From Eledone cirrhosa (Eukaryota), in NCBI GenBank assembly GCA_964016885.1, contig OZ024757.1, positions 10,788,001 to 10,852,000 of the forward strand: a stretch of DNA of 64,000 bases, read 5' to 3'. A model generated the notes under the pieces. The model was not told where the DNA came from, made no database searches, and saw only the letters and a list, made by a program, of their open reading frames with translations. Position 1 is the first letter of the stretch. The number at the start of each line of letters is the position of its first letter. The position numbers and the translations under genes were made by a program. Below are positions 1 through 11,826 of the stretch, in pieces.

Positions 1-900
1 TTACGGTGGAAGGCAGGAGACCCTCATGTTACCACTGCGCTGGCAGACGTCACCTGAGGACGGCATGCCCTCTAATAACAACAAAAAAAAACACTGCTAC
101 AAACACCACAACAACAACAAAAACAACCAGCACCACCACCACAAAAACAACAAAATACACTACCATCACCACCATAACGACAACAAAAACCAACAACACC
201 ACCTCCAGCACCACCACCACAACAACAACATCAACAACAGCTCAAGAAAATAACCCAAAACACGGTGCCACCCAGCCTCTCCCCACAGAACACAAATACA
301 AAAACACACGCAGTTCATACACAACCCGGAAATATACCCCTCCCCTCCAATACGGAAGAGGAGCTCATATCGTCGGAAGACGAGGGGGCTCCCTTCCAAA
401 AAGTGAAAAGATAAAAACGTACACACACCACACAAACAAAAATAACCCCACCTGACAACACAACATAAACAACAAAACGCAAACTCACGCAAGAACAACA
501 AGCAAAAACAAACACAACAACACAAAAACTCTACACATACATAAACAAAAACAATAAAAACTTAACGGAAAAAATAGAAAACAACCCTTCGGTACAAACC
601 GAAGGGCCTAATTTTGCAACGGCAATGGGACTCCCTAACCTGAAAATGGTGAAAGTCCCACTTGACATTTTCAAAACTTTGAAAAACATTTACCCTGAGG
701 ACGTGGGACCACCCTGCACCAGGCCACTCAACCGCGTCCTCCTGAAAGGTTTTCCCCTCCCCTCCTCAAACACCCACACAACTCCAAACACCCCAACCCC
801 TCCACACACTAATACCCCCCCCCCCCTCCAAAAAAAAACTCCACCAGCCCCATGGAAACTGAGCGGCCCGAACCCCGGGACGCAGAGAGGTAAGAGCCTC
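1..900 (+). mobile_element. Tx1/L1-clade LINE ORF1 3' part (CCHC zinc knuckle, then Thr/Asn-rich low complexity), degenerate
   Basis: ORF 6..455 begins CYHCAGRRHLRTAC (CX2CX4HX4C gag-like knuckle) and lies directly upstream of an APE-RT ORF2. Confidence 0.7.
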
Positions 901-916
901 TTTCTTTGTCACCAAC

Positions 917-3900
917 ATGGCTGTGTTAAGAGTGGGTTGTCTAAATGCGCGTGGCCTGGGCTCACATTGGAAGCAAGCTAAACTTCTAAATGACCTCAGG
1001 TCACAATGTATAAATGAGATGGTTATTTGCGAGGCCCGGATCACCAGCGTGCGACAGCTAGCCCCCACCTTTGATGACTTTGAGATGCACGCATCTCTCT
1101 GTCAGCTCGGAGGTGGGGGTGGGGTTGTCGTTCTGCTGCAAAAACATCTGGGTCTCGCTACACAGACGGTACACTTGGACCCGGAGGGTCGACTCGTGGT
1201 TCTGGACCTTGGCAATGGTGAAGGCGAAGCTTTTAGGCTTGTCGCCGTATACGCCCCTTTTGGGGCAATGCGGTCGGACCTCTTCCATCGTCTGGAGACT
1301 TTTCTAGGGACGTCCCGCTCCTTGCTTTTAGTGGGGGACTGGAATGGTATCCTAGATGCACGTTGGGACTATGTAGGGGCATGTCCCGATAGAGGGGGTG
1401 TAACAGCCTCAAGGGGTTAATCGGCCGATTTGACCTGGCCGATAGATACCGACTAGATTTTTCAACTGTGCCATCCTGGACTTGGTCAAATAACAGTCGT
1501 CAATCTAGATCGTAGCTAGATAGATTCTTAGTTAGAATTAAAATAGGGACTTTTTAAGTTGTCCAGAAATGCTCATGGTGGGCTATTCAGACCACAAGTT
1601 AGTGACCTGCGTAGTCCACCTTGATAGAACGCATAGGCAGGGACCCGGTTACTGGAAGCTCAACTTGTCCTTACCAGCAAGTAGAGCTTACAGGGACCGG
1701 ATTAGAACCTTAGTTAAGGAGCGGTTGACGGGCGCCATCGTCAACAGCAGGTGGTGGGGCTTTCTAAAAAGAGAGATTAGTGTAGTTTCAATAGGAGTTA
1801 GTAAGGAGTTAGCCTCAGATAGAAATAGGAAGGAAAGGGAGTTGGTAGTTAATGTTGAAGAGGCAATGAGTAGCGGCAACGTGGCCAGAGTGCAAGCGTC
1901 GAGAACGGCCTTGAACCAGTTCTTCGACGCGAAACACGAAGGCTGCGTTGTCCGAAGCAAAATACGTGCTCTGGGAAACGAGGGGACCAAATCTGTTAGC
2001 TGGGCCCGCGTGACAGAAGCGAAAAGTGGGATTAAATCCACTATCCGGTCTTTGCGGGACCAGGATGGACGGGTGATCCTTGAACCTAAGCAAATGTGCG
2101 AGGCCTTTCAAAGGCACTTTGCCCGATTGTTCGGGAGGGGCGGGGGGCCGGTTGGAGATGTGGATTTCGGTCCATACCTCGACGGCCTGCCGCGTCTTTC
2201 GGACAAGGAGGCGAGGTCCTGCGACGGGCCGATCTCAGCTGCTGAAATAGAGGACGTGCTGAGCCTATGCGGCAAACGCAAATCTCCAGGGCTCGATGGT
2301 CTGCCCTACGAACTATATATTAATATGCCGGACTTCTTCCCCGATCTCCTCGAGGCGGTCTACTGCAACTGGCAACAGAACGGGAGAATTCCCTGTTCTG
2401 TGACCAAGGGCGTAGTCTCGCTAGTGAGGAAGGACGAGAACAAGGGGGATGACATTAGTAATTTTAGGCCCATAACTCTGCTAAATGCAGAGTTAAAGAT
2501 TTTGGCCAAGGTGTTAGCGAAGAGGTTGGCGCTTGTCGTGGGGGGGCCTGGTGGGAGATGCGCAGACATGCGCTATCCCGTCCAGGTCCATCCACGACAA
2601 CCTCCACCTCATGCGATACATCATAGCGAGGGTTGGGAACGAACCCGGCTTTGGTGGGGCCCTGATAAATTTAGATCAGTCTAAAGCGTTCGATAGGGTG
2701 GACCATGGTTACCTGGATGCGGTGCTAGCGGCGGCTGGGTTCGGACCCGTTTTCAGGGGCTGGATCACTGCCATGCACAGCAGCCGCATCTGCTCTAGAG
2801 TCAAGGTGAACGGCTACCTTTCGGAGCCGTTCGAAATCATCCACTCCATCCGACAGGGGTGCCCTCTCTCCTCCCTTCTATATGTATTGGCTCTCGAGCC
2901 ACTACTGCGGAAGTTGGAGTTGTTGCAGGGCATCGCTTTGGAACCGGGATTGCGCAAAGCGGTGTCGGCCTATGCCGATGACATAACAGTAATGGTGTCG
3001 AACACCTCGGAAATCGAGGCAATCGGCACCTTACTGGAGGAGTACGAAAGGTTGACAGGGGCTAAGCTGAACCGGGACAAGTCAGTCGCTTTGCAACTCG
3101 GCGAATGGAGGAGAAAAGCGATGTCGTCCGACGGTATCGTCGGACGGTGGAGGGAGGGCCCGGTGAAGTTGCTTGGGGTCTGGTTCCGACCGGACCTCCA
3201 GTTGGAGAAAAACTGGGATGAGGTGACGAATAGGGTGTTTGCACTGACCCAGAAATGGACCGAGTGCAAACTATCCCTGAAAGGTCGGGCGGAGGTGGCG
3301 AACGCTTACATAGCGTCCGTCATCTATTACCGCTTGACTGTCGTTCCTTGCCGGGTGAGATCCTCACCAAAATGGAGCGCGCCCTCTTTTATTTCTTTTG
3401 GAAGAAGAGGTCTCCTCTGGTGAGGAGATCCATCTGCTGTCAACCCCCTTTGAAAGGAGGGCTGGGGATGCCGTGGCTAAAAATGCGTAAACACGCATTT
3501 AGGCTAAGGCACCTCCAGGTATTTCTCACCGGTCAACCGGTGTGGGCCCCGTTTGTGAGGCGAGCCTTCCCGAGGCTCGTCTCGCTCACCGATCTGCAGT
3601 CCTGGGTGAAGCAAAGACCGAGAAAACTGGGCGACTGGTACACCGAGTGTGCCCAGGCGCTCACGGCTCTCTGGCAGGCGGACCCGGCTATCGATGGTGA
3701 CTCCACCTCGTCATTCTATAGAGGGCTGGTGGTTAGCGGGTGCGACGACGCCCTCGGAGAAACCCTAGGCATGGAGGAGGACGAACTGGCCAGTCTATTC
3801 GGTAAGACTTTCGGCCCGGGACCTATGGAGAACTTCCAGAAGTCCTTGGCCTGGCAGTGCTACCGAAAAAGATCTGTCCCAGATGCGTGCGCGACGAGGA

Positions 3901-4513
3901 AACCGTCGCGCACACATTGGTGCACTGCCCGGGCGTTGCCGATCTGTGGGGCTATGTCGAACAACTGCTGTCACGGGTGGAACCAATTAGGTTGACCACC
4001 GAGTCCATTGCAACGATCAAGCCGCCTCCCCCTTCAAAAATGAAGGAGAGGCGGTCTTCCTCTGTGTAATAGCCATGGTAAAAGAGGTTATATGGTGGAC
4101 GCGTCTGAAAGGGCTGAGGTCGGACACCTTTCTTTCCGGCCAACAACTGGTCCTTTTCTTCCGATACCATTTCGGAAGAAGGATCAGGATGGAGAGAGAG
4201 GTGCTCCACTCCAGCCAGTTTTATGAAAGGTGGGTGAACGTTGCGAGAATGGCCCGTGTGAATGGGCCTTCTCTCTACCTGAGCCTGTAGGTGGAAAAGG
4301 AAGAAGGGAGCACCCTCTCTTTGTGCTCCCGTGGAGAAGGGTCGCACATTCTTTCGGGGGTGTGTGTGACCCCAAAACGATCCCTCCCTATTGAGGACCT
4401 TCTTGTTACTATTTTGTTTGTTATATTTTTCTTACTCGATTTTTATGTAAACTCCCCCCACCCATGTACATGTCCCTTTCTTTTGTGCCCTAGTGGCAAA
4501 TAAACAGAAATTA
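917..4513 (+). mobile_element. Tx1/L1-clade non-LTR retrotransposon ORF2 (APE endonuclease, RT, C-terminal Cys/His motif), frameshifted, plus 3' UTR
   Basis: APE motifs (CLNARGL, LVAVYAP, VGDWN, SDH), GPGYWKLN, KSPGLDGLP, FRPITLLN, KAFDRVDH, QGCPLS, YADD, GGLG and CPRC..ETVAHTLVHCP are spread over frames 917-1420, 1569-2684, 2533-3423, 3255-3995, 3857-4069 and 4075-4290. AATAAA at ~4499 is followed by a (gtct)-like tail. Confidence 0.92.
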
Positions 4514-4779
4514 GTCTGTCTGGATGTCTGGATGTGGGTAAACGTGAAGCGTCTCTCGGCTGCCTGAAATTCCAACGTTACGTCAGGCGTGGGTCGTTAT
4601 CAGTCTGTCCGTCTCTCAGTCTCTCAGTCTGTCTGTCTGTCAGTCAGTCTGTCTGTCAGTCTGTCTATTCGTCTCTCAGTCAGTCTGTCTATCTGATTGT
4701 CAGCAACAACCGTAACAACTCCCTCTCCCACCACCTCCACCATCCCAACCTGTAGATCCTGTTGTTTATTCTAACCGTT

Positions 4780-4936
4780 AAACACGCATACACAGACACA
4801 CATACACAGACAGACACACAGTCGCACACATACACACACAGTCACACACATACACACACACGCACAGATACACAGGCACACATGTACAGAAAGACACACA
4901 GACGTACAGACACAAACACACACAGATACACGAACA

Positions 4937-4983
<47 letters not shown>

Positions 4984-5215
4984 ACACAGACACAGACACA
5001 GACACACACACACACACACACACACAGACACACACACAGACACACACACACACACACACACACAGACACATACACAAACACACACACACACACAGACACA
5101 CACATACACACACACAGACACACACACAGACACACACACAGACAGACACACACAGACACACATACACACACACACATAAACACACACATACACAGACACA
5201 CACACACACACACGG
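4780..5215. repeat. Compound (CA)n/(CAGACA)n microsatellite
   Basis: Seen directly; accounts for the spurious VC/HT-rich ORFs. Confidence 0.95.
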
Positions 5216-5491
5216 ACAACAGACTAAATAATGGACCACAAGCTGAGATGTAACAGTAAATCTGTCAACAATTATGTATAGGAACTTTACTCAGGAACCC
5301 ACAAAATGGAGCAATCAGAAGACAGATACGTCTACTATTAGGAGTAAAATGAACCAATCAGAAGACAGATACATCTACTATTAGAACTTATTGAGAAAAG
5401 AGATTCAGAGACTCATATGTCTGCTGGCATCACGACTGAATGGTAATACGCACCAGCCACATATCTCCATGATACCATAACTACACCTATG

Positions 5492-5552
5492 ATTGTATAA
5501 GCGCCTGATGAAGTCGCATGCATAACCATGTAACAGAAATATATGATACAAT
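5492..5552 (+). ncRNA. Degenerate hammerhead ribozyme motif in a Penelope-like LTR remnant (~5255-5600)
   Basis: attgtat..CTGATGA a gtcgcatg-cataac-catgtaac a GAAA..atacaat; stem III and cleavage site appear deleted; AATAAA follows. Confidence 0.45.
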
Positions 5553-5593
5553 AAAGTAATTATGGAGAAGTAACCTCATCTTAACTACTTTTC

Positions 5594-5632
<39 letters not shown>

Positions 5633-5696
5633 CAGTATATGATGGCTGCCCCCGTCGTTATCGAGTATGGCCATTGCACGAGAAAAAAACCCATAA

Positions 5697-5888
5697 TAAT
5701 TGTTTCTACGTTAGGCACAAGGCCAGCAATTACCCAGTGTATTACTGGTACTTTATTTTATCGACCCCGTAAGGATGAAAGGCAAAGTTAACCTCGGCGG
5801 GATTTGAACTCAGAATGGCAAGGGCCGTAACTCTATGCGTCAAAGCATGACGTCCGACCCTCTACCGATACTGCCAATCCACCGCCCT
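5697..5888 (-). mobile_element. tRNA-derived SINE (family A)
   Basis: Minus strand reads ggcggtggattggcag...gagttcaaatcccgcc (A/B-box-like head), then cctttcatccttacggggtcgataaaataaagtaccag and a gtagaaacaattatt tail. Further copies at ~6755-6945(-), 8862-9055(+), 9092-9215(-), 17565-17780(-), 18795-18962(-), 24590-24810(-), 29065-29285(-), 32932-33123(-), 33655-33836(-), 38700-38912(-), 62468-62552(-). Confidence 0.8.
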
Positions 5889-5994
5889 TAATAAAAACAA
5901 CAATAATAACGACAACAGCAATAATAATAAACATATATATATATACACACACGCGCACACACATAAACATATCCACACACACACAAGATAGCAA

Positions 5995-6650
5995 TTAACA
6001 GCGCTGCGATCGAATGTGGCTTTTTAGCCCAGCCAATGATCTAAAATGTCTTGCACAAAGTTGGCAGCCAAAACATTCACTGGGAATAGCCGGCTGTGGT
6101 TGGAGTTCATGTACTTTTGCATGTCGTTTGAACCCTCCTGCTGATTTACATTCTCTACCACATGCTTGGCAAGCATGATGAGTAGCATCTCCAACAGCAG
6201 CCTGGTAGTCAACCACTGGTCTTACTTTGTGACTGCGAAGATGACTTTCGAGTCCAGCTTTGCTTACGCAGTCTCTCTCACAGACGCTGCATGTCAGCGC
6301 CACAGGAGGACCTTCGCCGTCTGGAAATGCAACAGGAATGCCCTTCCTCACATCCCGCTTTACTTTCTTGTATGCGATTTGAGATGCCTCAAAGGCAACT
6401 TTTCCCACATATACAGTCTTTCTCCATCTGTAAGATGACCATCTCCAGCTAACCTCGTCTCAGATAAAGCTACGATGTCAAGATCGTAACGTCGAAGCTC
6501 CTTTGCAACAAGAGCGGTCCTTCGTTCAGGACGTTCCAAGGAATCCCTGTCAAGCAGCGTCCGTACGTTCCAGCAGCCAAGACTAAATGCCTTGTTTGGC
6601 TCTATTACAGTGGTACGATGACGAACGGGCTCAGGCTGTGATAACCTGGG
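5995..6650 (-). mobile_element. Internally deleted RTE/BovB-like LINE: APE N-terminus joined to a C-terminus with three C2H2 fingers
   Basis: LGCWNVRTLLD..ERRTALVAKELRRYDLDIVALSETRL (APE start) is followed near 6410 by a frame encoding CSVC..SKAGLESHLRSH, CQAC..GFKRHAKVH and CQLC..LAGLKSHIRS. Confidence 0.75.
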
Positions 6651-7221
6651 GCCCCTGCCATTATTGCCAATTATCTCTTTTGTTCCAGAACCTTTATTGC
6701 CAATTATATTGTTTTGGAACATCATTGAATTGGGGAAAAAAAAGTAATAATAATAATTGTTTCTACTTTTGGCACAAGGCCAGTAATTACCCAGTGCATT
6801 ACTGGTACTTTATTTTATCGACCCCGTAAGGATGAAAGGCAAAGTCAACCTCGGCGGGATTTGAACTCAGATCGTAAAGGGACGTAACTATGCTGGAAAG
6901 CATGGCGTCCGACCCTCTACTGATGCTGCCAATCCACCACCATTGCTGCCAATCCATCACCAAAAGTAATAATAATAATACACTATTAATAATTATTAAT
7001 TAATGCAATCGTTCAATGCCTGTGCGTGAAGAATATTTTTAAAGTGAGGAAAGACTGTGCACTGAGCCAATCCCACTCTCTGAGCGACAGTAGCTATAAC
7101 CCGAAAAGAAGAAAAGATCATTTATTATAATGCTCGGTTTGTTTGTAAACAAAAGCCCGAATTATTAGCCGTACAGTGTTCGGCAACCATCGTTGTCCTT
7201 TTGTTCAACACTGACAAAGGA

Positions 7222-7264
7222 ACGATGAACTAGTTTCTAGCTTATTAGCTGTCATCAGCACCGT
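7222..7264 (-). ncRNA. Minimal type I hammerhead ribozyme (Penelope-type), core intact
   Basis: Minus strand: acggtg CTGATGA c agct-aata-agct a GAAAC ta GTT catcgt. Stem I acggtg/catcgt; self-complementary ACTAGT in stem III. Confidence 0.75.
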
Positions 7265-7444
7265 ATACCTTCCTATCAATCGATTGAACGTTTGAAAGTA
7301 TGGGACACACGACGTGGTGGTGGTGATGGTGGGGGAACTCGACATGGTGGTGATGGTGGAGAGTTTAGGGCAAGAATAGCATTAAAGTCTTCGACAAAAT
7401 ACACTGCGGTGTTTGACCCGAGTTAGACGAATTTCGTCTACAAG

Positions 7445-7790
7445 TCATCTCCAGATGTAAATCATCTCCAGATATAAATCATCTCCAGATGTAACTCATC
7501 TCCAGATGTAACACATCTCCAGATACAAAACACCTCTAGATGTAATTTATCTCTCCAGATGTAATACATCTCTAAGTGTAATACATCTACAGATGTAATA
7601 CACCCCCAGATGTAATACATCTATAAATGTAATTTATCTCTCCAGATACAATACATCTTCAGATGCACTTTATCTCTCCAGATGTAATACATCTCTAGAT
7701 GTATTATATCTCTAGATGTATTACATCTCTAGATGTATTACATCTGGAGATGTAATTCATCTCTCCAGGTACAATACATCCCCCATATGC
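7445..7790. repeat. Minisatellite of ~16-18 bp self-complementary units (catctccagatgtaata)
   Basis: About 20 tandem units seen directly. Confidence 0.85.
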
Positions 7791-8273
7791 CCTTTCTGTT
7801 ATCAACCACTTTACAGAGTGTACTAGGTGTATTTTATCATGACACCAACTCTAGGTTCTTCTTGACTCTGTATTTGCTAAAATTAACATTACAGAGTGTA
7901 CAGGGTGTATTTTATGGTGTGAATCACTAGAACTAGAGAGGTTGTTGTAGAGAGAGAGATGTGACAATGACCTTCCAATCACGTCCGATCGATAGATCAG
8001 AGATCATTGACTACGTGATACCCCCAGCAGACGACATCCGCTTCACTCGTTTCTCTGCAGTTTCTCACTTCACCATCTCACCTTTCTTTCTTTCTTTCTT
8101 ATCTTCTACCTCCTCCTCATCACCACCACCCCATCATCATTCTTTTTTCACTGCCAGCTGACTCAGCTTTAATGTATATTGTACGATATATATATATATG
8201 TATATATGTATGTATATATATATATATACATATATATACATACACACACACACATATATATATATATATACAT

Positions 8274-8304
<31 letters not shown>

Positions 8305-8354
8305 ATGTACGTATGTATGTATATATATATATATATACACATATATATACATAG

Positions 8355-8385
<31 letters not shown>

Positions 8386-8397
8386 CACACGTATGTA

Positions 8398-8441
<44 letters not shown>

Positions 8442-9803
8442 AGACTTGACTTTGTATTTAGCGAGTTGGTTGTTTAGTGTTGTTGTTGTTGGTGGTGGGG
8501 GAGTATTTTTCATCTTTTTTCATTACCAGCTTCTTTATTATCTTGTTGCTGTTGTTGTATAGCTATATTCTGGATGTCTTCTCTGCAATGTTGCTATGTT
8601 GAGGTGGTGGTTGTTGAGGTGGTGGTGGTTGAGGTGGTGGTGGTTGTTGAGGTGGTGGTTGTTTATTATATATATAATCTGTGAACGCAGAAGTAAATAT
8701 TTCGAAAAACTTTGCAACCGAAGGAAGACCGGAAGACAATACTTTGGTCCGTGAAGACGTTTCCTGGCAATGAACGGAAAAAAGTGAAGACAATACGTCA
8801 TTATGTGGAGCGGTGACAACAATTACACGTAAAGACAAAACCATGTTTATGGTATAAATGGAGTCGTTGGATTGGTAGTTTCGGTTGAGGGTCGGACGCC
8901 ATTCTTTGCAGCAAAGAGTTACGGCCCTTTATGATCTGAGTTCAAATACCGCCGAGATTAACTTTGCATTTATCCTTATGGGGTCGATAAAATAAAGTAC
9001 CAGTAATACACTGGGATAATTGCTGGCCTTGTGCCAAAAGTAGAAACAATTATTTAGGAAACTGAATGATTCTCGGCTTCGGAGTTCAGAATAATTTTTT
9101 CTACTTTTGCCACAAGGCCAGCAATTACCCAGTGTATTACTTGTACTTTATTTTATCGACCCCGTAAGGATGAAAGGTAAAGTTAACCTCGGTGGGATTT
9201 GAACTCAGACCATCCATTAAAATAATAATAATTAAATATATGCATACACACATTTATTCAGGTGCATACGTGAAAACACACGACATGCATGCATATACAT
9301 GCACGTACACATAAACACGCACACACGGTTGTAAACTTGCGCGACACATACGAATGTATACACCAAATACACATATAAATATGTTTGTGTGTATATATAC
9401 ATATAATTTTATATACATATATAAATATACACGCATAAATGCGTATAGAACTCACACTCACACATACCTACAGGTAAATACTCATATGTTCACCAAACGT
9501 ACATATACCAACACCCTATGTACACATATACACACCATACATATGTGTAAACACCCATATATACACATATACATACATACGTACATACGCCAAATCAGTT
9601 CCTCTATGAGCAAGGCATGGTCAGCCGACCAGACACTGCCCACAACAGGACAACCCGTCTAACCCATGCTAGCGTGGAAGAACGGACATAAAACGGTGAT
9701 GATGATGATGATGATATATAGTAATAATAAATTTGAAGACTAAAATCCAAAGAGGGCTCGATAAGAATAAATATATATCAAATATATAAGAACCGTAGAG
9801 CAA

Positions 9804-9940
9804 ATATTTATTAAAATAACAGATTAAAGTTTAAGCAAAGAATCGCTGCTTTCACCCTTAACGGGATCTTCAGAAGATCTCGTTAAGGGTGAAAGCAGCA
9901 ATTCTTTGCTTAAACTTTAATCTGTTATTTTAATAAATAT
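9804..9940. repeat. 68-bp-arm palindrome centred on a hammerhead core (CTGAAGA t ccc-gttaa-ggg t GAAA, minus strand)
   Basis: Arms match with 2 mismatches around a 1-nt centre at 9872; flanked by (TA)n. Confidence 0.85.
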
Positions 9941-10225
9941 ATATATATATATATATATATCCAAAATTAAGTTAAATTAAGGGTGACATGTCAGATAGAC
10001 ATGCACCATATCACCTTTAAAATATGCTCCAAGATTCTAATGAATAGATCCGAGCATTTTATATCAATTAATCAATTTATAAGGTATCTATTTTTGAAGT
10101 TCTAGTGAAACTTTATTTAGTTACCTACCTAGCTATGTGTGCTTACACACTTTTACAAATTATCCCCTGTGATTGTTTCATATGTTTATTTTAGATATAT
10201 TTATATGTCAATCAATTTCTAGTTG

Positions 10226-10313
<88 letters not shown>

Positions 10314-11550
10314 CAGTTGTAATGGATAATATCACTGCTATTTCTAGCAGTTAGGGAGACTAGGTTGTGGATCAGATCAGTAGGCATACTTCAAAACATA
10401 ATAAAGATTTATTTTTGCTTGATGTGAACGTATGTACAAAGGGTGTGAAGTGGTACAGACATCCTGTATAACAAAGCTGACATGTAATAGCAAATCTCCT
10501 AGTGGTAAGTACTTTGGAACCAAGTTGTTGGTTATGGTAACTCTCCTAAAAGCCGTATAATGAAACTACTCTCATTGTTAGAGAGCAAAGTGACAGGAGT
10601 AGGGAAGCCATCACTGCAGAAGACCTGCCCCACCTCCCATGTACACAAAATGATATGAAACAAACATGTAGAGTACACACTAATCTGCACCAATCTTCTC
10701 CCTACACCTCACCATTCACCCAGTCCACACTGTAATGTGGTTGGCATTAGGAAGGGCATCCAGCTGTAGAAACCAAACCAAAATACAGATCCATGTGAGC
10801 AAGACATGTTCACATGACCTGACATGTTTCATAACATGACACCTTGTCTAACATATCAAGTGTGAAATAACAGACGTTAAATGATGATGATGATGATGAT
10901 GATGATGATATACACATACATATATATTTGTATGTATATATTTGTGTGCGTGTATACAGAAATAATATATACACTACTTAATTATATATATATTCTCAGA
11001 CCGGGTGATGTGTTGTTTCCTTGAGCAAGACACTTTATTTCACATTGCTCCAGTTTACTCAGCTGTAGAAATGAGATGATAGGACTGGGGTCCCTATCAT
11101 TCCACTGCAAAGTGGTCGTGGAGGTGCCACGGCAAACAAAGCTCCCAGCCCACACTGTAAAGTGGATGTGTAGGCGCCACATAAAAAAAGCACCCAGCAC
11201 TCACTGTAAATGAGGTTAGTGTTAGGAAGGGCATCCAGCTGTAGAAATCAAGCCAGAATCAGTTCCCGTCCCACCCTTGCAAGCAGGGAAAAGCGGATGT
11301 AAAATGATGATGATGATATACACATATATATATATTTGTATGTATATATTTGTGTGTGTGTATAGAGAAATAATATATACACTACTTAATTATATATATA
11401 CAACATATCAAAATAAATCAAATAAATGTAACAAACGACTGAATCTACCAAAATAGAATATTTTATTTATTTATAATTTGGTGATAAACAATATTTTTAG
11501 TAAAAGTAATTCTTCTCTTTTTCACACTTTCTTTCTTTCCATCCTTTTTC

Positions 11551-11596
<46 letters not shown>

Positions 11597-11826
11597 CACA
11601 CACACAAGAGTATAAAGTGGTTGCGTAGCGTGATAGAGTTGCTGGCACAATAAAATAGACCTTGTTCACTCTGTAAATTAGTCATGATGGTTCCACAGTC
11701 CTCTCTGTAAAGTGGTTGTTATTGAAAACGTCATCCAGCAATGTCTGGTCTCGTTCCATGACAACACAAGCCATCCAGCTAATGTTAGAATGGAACACAG
11801 ATATAAGATGATGATGATGATAGAGA

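Noticed and set aside
4534-4605. Possible snRNA or rRNA fragment as the Tx1 target
   Set aside because: No match to U1, U2 or 5.8S sequences that I can recognise.
5697-5888. tRNA gene calls for A/B-box-containing repeats
   Set aside because: No cloverleaf; multi-copy with a shared body and tail, so these are SINE heads.
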